The notes under the pieces were generated by a model. It had not been told where the DNA came from and did not search any database. It was given only the letters and a program-made list of their open reading frames with translations. A stretch of 57,866 bases of DNA, filler included, from Stramenopiles sp. TOSAG23-3 (taxonomy: Eukaryota), in assembly GCA_900128585.1 (NCBI GenBank). It is 6 parts of 6 records of this genome, joined end to end, with 100 filler letters (N's around TTAATTAATTAA, not from the genome) between each part and the next. Parts side by side here need not be neighbours in the genome. Positions count along the whole stretch, not along the records: positions 52,022 to 53,903 come from LT645290.1; positions 54,004 to 55,885 come from LT645291.1; positions 55,986 to 57,866 come from LT645292.1; 3 more parts are not named here. The stretch is one strand, 5' to 3'. Below, in pieces: positions 52,023-57,866 of this stretch. Numbering within the stretch: position 1 is the stretch's first letter; the number at the start of each line of letters is the position of its first letter. A program made the position numbers and the translations under genes.

Positions 52023-53567
52023 CCGTCCAGTGCCTCGCCGAGCCCGGCAGAAGCGAAGCCGAACCTGACCGTCCACCCCGGCGTCAGCTGGCTGACAAGC
52101 TCCATCGAAGACTCGTCCCGGGGCGACCTCGAGGCGAAGCTGGCGAGAGAAATTGAGCAAGTTGCCATTCTGACCGAAAGGTGCAGCAAGCAGCAGCTCG
52201 AACTCCAACGCGTTGGCAAAGAGAACTCCATGCTCTCGCACAGCGTCAAGGTGGCCGCGCGGTCCATAGAGAACTTTACCGAGAAGCTGCAAGAGGGGCA
52301 TGTTAGAAACGAAGAGGTAAGCAAGCAGGCCTGCGACATAGAAGAGAAGAACAACGAGCTTCGCGAAAAGATAAAATCCATGTCGAAGGGGCACGATGAG
52401 AAAGTTCGGGGCCTGGAGGAGGATTTGAAAGAGTTGACCCTTCGGCTGGAGGACTCGACCAGCCGGGCCAAGCGCATAAGGACAGAGTCGACGGAGGAAA
52501 CGAACAAGCTGAAGGTGGACCTGGACCATATTATGCGTCAGCTGGAGACGCGGAACCGGGCCGTGGAAAAAATGAAAGTAGAAGTGAACGAAGCAAACAG
52601 TGAGAAAAACAGCGTAAAAGAGAACTTAGAAAGCCTGTCCGCGGAGGCCCAGGAACGGATTGGCTCGCTGGAGGCAGAGGTAAAGAAACTGACCGACGTG
52701 GTGGACGAGCAGCGTTTGGAGATGGCCCTGACGCGAAAAAGGGAGAGCGCGCTCGAGGGCGAACGGGCCCGAGTGCAAGAGTTGCTGCGGCAGCACGCAA
52801 AGCTCAACTCTGAGCATCGCAGGAGCATAAGCGACCAGGCCATGGCTATCGAGCAGCACAAGAGCATATCCGATTCCAGGCTCGACGCCATCCGTGCGCT
52901 GAACGTGGAGCTCGAGCAGGCCGGCAAAGACGTCCTCGAGAGCGAGAGAAACCGGAAGGCCATCGGCCAGCGCAACGTTTCGCTGGTGAAGGACTTCAGC
53001 GACATGCGAGAAAAGTACGCCGTGGTGAAGGAAGAGGCCGCCACGATGCGCCTCTCCTTGGAGCGAGAGAAGATGTCAAAAAAAGATTTGGTAAACAAGC
53101 TAAAGCACTTGCAGAAGCGGCGGGCCAGGGAGTACAACGAAAACGCGAGCCGCATCGTTGCCTTGGAAAACTTTTGCGAGACCGTCGCGGACGAGGGGCA
53201 TGGCAACGCGGCCCCCCACCATAGCGAGGTAAAGTTCGAAGAAAAAAAACAGCAGAAAGAAGCCGACCCCAAGAAAGCGTTGGCCGACCACTTGGCACGA
53301 GAAAGGGGCGTCGATGCGGTCGGGGTCAAACGACTTTTGGCAGCCACCACCAGAGAGTTAAGGTTCAAGGCCAACGCCCTGGCAGAACTTTCTGAAAAGT
53401 TCGTCGCTGCCCGGGGCACCGCGCAAGAACATGAGCGGGAACTGGCGTCGCTGCGGGCACAGGTCGAGAGCCTCGATGATGCCAACAAAGTACTCTCTGT
53501 AGAGAACCAGATCTGCGTTGAGCTGCTGTACAAGGCGAATGGGATGGCCAGCATTAACCAAGGGTAG
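52023..53567 (+). CDS. Long coiled-coil protein, 5'-truncated
   Basis: Frame is open from the contig start; heptad-like E/K/L-rich sequence almost throughout. Confidence 0.8.
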   Translation, partial: PSSASPSPAEAKPNLTVHPGVSWLTSSIEDSSRGDLEAKLAREIEQVAILTERCSKQQLELQRVGKENSMLSHSVKVAARSIENFTEKLQEGHVRNEEVSKQACDIEEKNNELREKIKSMSKGHDEKVRGLEEDLKELTLRLEDSTSRAKRIRTESTEETNKLKVDLDHIMRQLETRNRAVEKMKVEVNEANSEKNSVKENLESLSAEAQERIGSLEAEVKKLTDVVDEQRLEMALTRKRESALEGERARVQELLRQHAKLNSEHRRSISDQAMAIEQHKSISDSRLDAIRALNVELEQAGKDVLESERNRKAIGQRNVSLVKDFSDMREKYAVVKEEAATMRLSLEREKMSKKDLVNKLKHLQKRRAREYNENASRIVALENFCETVADEGHGNAAPHHSEVKFEEKKQQKEADPKKALADHLARERGVDAVGVKRLLAATTRELRFKANALAELSEKFVAARGTAQEHERELASLRAQVESLDDANKVLSVENQICVELLYKANGMASINQG

Positions 53568-53698
53568 TGGCGAAAGGAATAAACTACAAAGTATGATAAA
53601 GTAATAACAGCCAATTTTCTTGTTTTTAAAGTAAAAAGTGCATTTTCGCTGGTCTTAGAATTATTATTTTGTCTTTCTGAATTACCTAGATACCCTCC

Positions 53699-53902
53699 TC
53701 ATTGGAACGCCACCCGAAAGTTCACCGCGGCAAGCGGTGATTTGATTGCTCCGCCAACCGGCACGCATACCATAGTGTATGTTTTCATCTCATCGTCGGG
53801 AAACAGCCGCGACGGCCAATCGATCCCACACTGCGAGCGCTGGGTCGTCATTCGGTACCAGGCGTCGTTCCCGTCGTCGAAGAGATTTCCCTGGAAACAT
53901 GC
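53699..53902 (-). CDS. 3' end of an unidentified gene truncated by the contig edge
   Basis: Open frame ACFQGNLFDDGNDAWYRMTT...VNFRVAFQ* with coding-like GC, ending just before an AT-rich spacer. Confidence 0.5.
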   Translation of the reverse strand, partial: ACFQGNLFDDGNDAWYRMTTQRSQCGIDWPSRLFPDDEMKTYTMVCVPVGGAIKSPLAAVNFRVAFQ

Positions 53903-53903
53903 G

Positions 53904-54003
53904 NNNNNNNNNNNNNNNNNNNNNNNNNNNNNNNNNNNNNNNNNNNNTTAATTAATTAANNNNNNNNNNNNNNNNNNNNNNNNNNNNNNNNNNNNNNNNN
54001 NNN
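53904..54003. other. Artificial contig linker
   Basis: N44-TTAATTAATTAA-N44. Confidence 0.99.
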
Positions 54004-54714
54004 TATTGTACACTAAGAAGTAGAAGTAGAAGAGGCCGGTACCGCAGTCGTAATATAATCAGATAATAATATTTTATTAATTAAGAAGAAGAAGACGACT
54101 TCACTATTTAAACGCAAAACAACAACAGTTCCAGCAGTCGAGTAGGGCAGGGCAGGGCCACCGGTGTCTTCTGTGTTTTGCTTTGCGTAGTATTATAGTC
54201 TTGTTTCATCTAATAAAAGGTATTCTAATGCCTCGTCGCTGTTACGTTGGACTTGAGCTTGTCTTGTCGTATTCGCCGTATGGCTATCTGTACGAGTAGT
54301 GTGGGAAGTGTAATAAGTATTTATTAGTCTGTCTGTCGAGAGATACGAGGAGAGTAGTAGAGGAATCTTCCAAGAAGGCAACCAGACGACTACGGAGCAA
54401 CAGGATTATATTAAAACCGTACCAACCGACGGAGGGCGGCACAATCATCAACGAACAAACTAAAAATAAAAAAAATAATACAGTAATAATAATAAAAATT
54501 AATAAATAAAAGTCGTTCATCTACTGTATAATAGAAAAATAATAATAAAATTACTATATTATTAGCCAGACGACTGCAAAGAAAGCACAGCAGACAGAGA
54601 AAACAGTTATTTCTTTCAATTTGGAAAATCCACGCAGTTTTCCTCCAAGTTACACTGATCACGACCCGAAAGCCTTGAAGTAGAAGGAGAAGCAGCACAG
54701 GTCGCAGTGTAAAC

Positions 54715-55885
54715 ATGTCTTCCATCACCACTGCCGGGCAAAAAATACAGAGAAATGAGGAAGAGACCAGAGATGACGAGGACAGTGGTTCAGCTGTAGA
54801 AGAGCTCGCCGAGGGAATATCTTTGATGGCGCTGAAAGGAGAAAGCCTGCGTGCTTCAGAGGTTACAAATGGTGAAATAGATCCCGAAGAGCAGCTAAAC
54901 TTCCTTTGTATCTCTAATTTAATAATGGACGTATACCCGAAGCTGTTACGTCGTTTTTTGACCAAATGCTATAACAACTGTAGTTTCACAAAACTCGACT
55001 TAAGAGCAGCAGAATCAACCCAAAAGCAGCAGTACTCGTTGAAACTGCAAACCGCAAAGATTGTTGTTGAGAATCGAGAGGTGTACAAATTTGTGTTTAA
55101 AATCAAACCAGATAAACCAACTCTGCGCCGCCTGCAGGAGTCAACAAAATCAGGCACTTTAAAAGCGTCGATTTCAAGCCCCAGCGAATCGCTTGGTGTG
55201 TTCCCAGTGGAAGAAGTCAGCAAAAAGTTCATTAGTATTTCCGCAAACAATGCTGGTGCTTTTGGTGAAACGGCACCATTCAAACTACAATTAGTGGGTG
55301 ACGTGTTCGAAAACATGACCTTTAAGAAAGAAAAATATAGTCATGTACGAAACGAGATCGAAACTCAAATTCCTTGCACAGGAGAAGAGTGGAAAGCTGC
55401 CATGAAAGCGCAACAGGAATACGATGAGTATTGTAACGAAGAAAAAAAGCAGAGGGGCAAAACCAAAAAAGGAAAGGGTAGCAAAGAAGCACGCCGACAG
55501 CCGATTAATCAATGGAATATCGAGCCGCTACAATTGAAAATCGGACCACATACGTTTGAAGTTATGAAGATTGAGAACAATTCAATTTATTTTAAATGGG
55601 ACAAGAAAACTAAGAAACGACAGAAAGAATGGCTGAAGAAAATGGCTTCCCATGACTTAGTCAATCTAGGCACTTCATTGGTCTTTTTTTGGTCCGCGTC
55701 ATTCTTTGATTCTTGTCCCAGAGATTGCAACACTGGTCGCCATTCGTGGGTAAACGACCAGTTTATCGCGAAAGGGTTGCTGAACCACTTGGACTCCCCT
55801 GCCGTAAACCATGAATTAACTCGCAAGCATTATTTCGATGGTCACGAAGTTTATTTTGTTGACAGTGAAGACAAACGAAATTCGT
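54715..55885 (+). CDS. Hypothetical protein, 3'-truncated
   Basis: ATG-initiated open frame running to the contig end. No family recognised. Confidence 0.65.
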
Positions 55886-55985
55886 NNNNNNNNNNNNNNN
55901 NNNNNNNNNNNNNNNNNNNNNNNNNNNNNTTAATTAATTAANNNNNNNNNNNNNNNNNNNNNNNNNNNNNNNNNNNNNNNNNNNN
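55886..55985. other. Artificial contig linker
   Basis: N44-TTAATTAATTAA-N44. Confidence 0.99.
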
Positions 55986-55986
55986 G

Positions 55987-57387
55987 CGCGAAGAGATCGC
56001 CCAAGAGCAGTTGGCCAAGCACCACTCGGCAAAGCGTCACGAAGACACTGTCAAGAATTTGCCCATTGACCACGGCATTAACCACCCATTGAAAAATCTG
56101 ATGCCATCGAATGGGGCGAAAGATCACGGGCTGAAAGCCTTGATGTCAATCCTGAATATTTTGGCAAACAATGGAGGGTCCCGGCAAGGCGGAACTGTTC
56201 GTGTCCTACGGTCCAAGAACGGTGGAACGGTGCGCATTATTTCCTTGCGCCGGATCCCGTTTGGTGGGCGCCACGGGAAAAATAATCCCTTAAGTTTGAA
56301 GAAAGCAGGGGGTGCCAACCGCCCAAAGCCAATTAAAATCACCACCGTCTTGAAGAATGAGAAAGGAGATGCCAATTCAAACATTAAGATCAAAGTTTTA
56401 CCCGAGACAAAACCGACCGTGAAGGTTCCTGAGACAAAGGCGCCCCTCCTGCAAGCCTCAGAGAAAAAGGCGCCCGCGAAGGCTCCAGAGAAACCAGCTG
56501 CGGCCGACCCCAAGGCGAGTAACGACGGGCGAAAAAAGGGCCGCAGGTTGCTGGCTGAAGAGGTGAAAACGTTGACCGTGGCAGAGATGCGAGATCTGCG
56601 AGATGAGTTCTTGGAATCGAACACGGATGTACGCCAGCAACTCTGGAAACAGAAAGTTCTGACCCTTTCAGAGGAGCAGCAGAAGGAGTTTCAAGATATG
56701 CTGGACAAGAAGAACAATGGAGAGAAAGACGAGCCCGTAGTCGAGCCAAAAACTCCACCAAAGCCAAGGGAAAAGAAAGATCTGGAATCGTTGGAAAACC
56801 GCCCAGCTGAAGCCCACCCGCTTTATTCTGGCCACACCGAGGGATGCCTTGTTTTCGGAGCCATTGCAGCAGAGAAAGTACCGGGAAATCTCCGGTTCAC
56901 CGCAAAGTCAATGTGGCATGATTTTATGTCCCACCACATTGACCTGAGCCATACCATTCACCACTTATCCTTTGGTGATCTTACGCATGTGCTCCAGAAT
57001 GAATTCGAACACGTCGATTTTCACGACTATGAAGGTTTGAAGTACATCTCCGCGTTGGGTGGCAAAGAATTTGTGTCTGAGGGCACCAAAATGACGCATC
57101 ATCACTACACCAAGGTAGTGAAGACCCGGTTCAGGCTGCTCGACAAAATCCCGAAAGGCCTCAAAGGCCACGAATTGTTTCAATACACAAGCACAAGCCA
57201 TCAATACGAAGACACGACGCACGCGCCTTCCGTGAAGGTGTCATTCGATTTTAGTCCAATGACATTGTATTTTAAAGAGACTGGAACCCCCGTTTACAAA
57301 TTTTTGACTTCAGTTTGTGCGATTATTGGAGGTGCCGTCACGGTGTTCTCCATGTTGAATTCATTGCTTCAGTCACTCTCCAAATAA
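55987..57387 (+). CDS. Erv41/Erv46 (ERGIC)-family COPII vesicle protein, C-terminal part
   Basis: EGCLVFG...KVPGNLRF, DLSHTIHHLSFG, HHYTKVVKT, PSVKVSFDFSPM, KFLTSVCAIIGG. Confidence 0.88.
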   Translation, partial: REEIAQEQLAKHHSAKRHEDTVKNLPIDHGINHPLKNLMPSNGAKDHGLKALMSILNILANNGGSRQGGTVRVLRSKNGGTVRIISLRRIPFGGRHGKNNPLSLKKAGGANRPKPIKITTVLKNEKGDANSNIKIKVLPETKPTVKVPETKAPLLQASEKKAPAKAPEKPAAADPKASNDGRKKGRRLLAEEVKTLTVAEMRDLRDEFLESNTDVRQQLWKQKVLTLSEEQQKEFQDMLDKKNNGEKDEPVVEPKTPPKPREKKDLESLENRPAEAHPLYSGHTEGCLVFGAIAAEKVPGNLRFTAKSMWHDFMSHHIDLSHTIHHLSFGDLTHVLQNEFEHVDFHDYEGLKYISALGGKEFVSEGTKMTHHHYTKVVKTRFRLLDKIPKGLKGHELFQYTSTSHQYEDTTHAPSVKVSFDFSPMTLYFKETGTPVYKFLTSVCAIIGGAVTVFSMLNSLLQSLSK

Positions 57388-57787
57388 TGCGATGAATCTG
57401 TGGTTAGTCGGGTATAATCAGCTCTATTTTGCATTACAACTCGTAGATTTGTGTGAACGTGAGTGCGTATCACAAAGAAATGTTTGGCCAACACGCCTCT
57501 GCAGTTCAAATGTAAGAATTAAAAACGTCCGCGTATATACATATTTCTATAAAAAAACCTAGAGTGCCACTCCTCCAATTCCCACTTCGAACAAGTAATA
57601 ACTTCATTAAAATCTTCTTAAGTTTACGAACCAACTCTTTTTTTTATAAAAGAAGAACGCAGCTTTTGCCACGTGGAAAATTCTTCATCATACTTATAAT
57701 AATATATTTAGTATATTACGCCATAATATGATAGATACACGGCTATGAATAAACCTTCTTGAATGAAGAAATTTCCTCCTCGCTCGG

Positions 57788-57866
57788 TCTTCTTTCTTCT
57801 TCTTCTTCTTTCTTCTTCTTCTTCTTCTTCTTCTTCTTCTTTCTTCTTCTTCTTCTTTCTTCTTCT
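57788..57866. repeat. (CTT)n microsatellite at contig end
   Basis: Imperfect CTT tandem array. Confidence 0.9.

Noticed and set aside
1-57866. tRNA, rRNA or transposase/reverse transcriptase genes
   Set aside because: None recognised by eye. A tRNAscan-SE/Infernal run would be needed to exclude small RNAs.

Overview
Eukaryotic, essentially intron-free protist DNA: compact genes separated by AT-rich, microsatellite-containing spacers. A stramenopile-like heterotroph is my inference from gene content. The window is not one locus. It is six contigs joined by artificial 100-bp linkers (N44-TTAATTAATTAA-N44): 1-17265, 17366-34626, 34727-51921, 52022-53903, 54004-55885 and 55986-57866, so adjacency across linkers is meaningless. 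About 24 CDSs are supportable, including COX15, a Ser/Thr kinase, a dCTP pyrophosphatase, SCAR/WAVE, a GT41 O-GlcNAc-transferase-like protein, an FMO, kynurenine formamidase, a GH20 hexosaminidase, a TRP-like channel, ELM1, a cyclophilin, a DUF4062-NACHT-WD40 STAND protein and an Erv46/ERGIC-like protein. The standout is a head-to-head pair of bacterial-type nucleotide-sugar genes on an otherwise eukaryotic contig. One is a PseC-like DegT aminotransferase fused to an intact class-III (GSA-aminomutase-like) aminotransferase (11123-13780, -). The other is an SpsF-type cytidylyltransferase fused to a catalytically dead copy of that class-III domain, with the PLP Lys replaced by Pro (15232-17184, +). 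This suggests a eukaryotic CMP-amino-sugar (nonulosonate-like) module possibly assembled through an enzyme/pseudo-enzyme heterodimer. Other notable items: a secreted protein with four C-x25-C-x6/7-C-x9/10-C repeats, a signal-peptide-bearing OGT-like enzyme, an M6/PLP-like tetraspan protein, an orphan sugar-epimerase fragment, a modular dispersed repeat found downstream of gene 3' ends, and two recurrent intergenic motifs. All family calls come from motif recognition by eye; no database searches were run.
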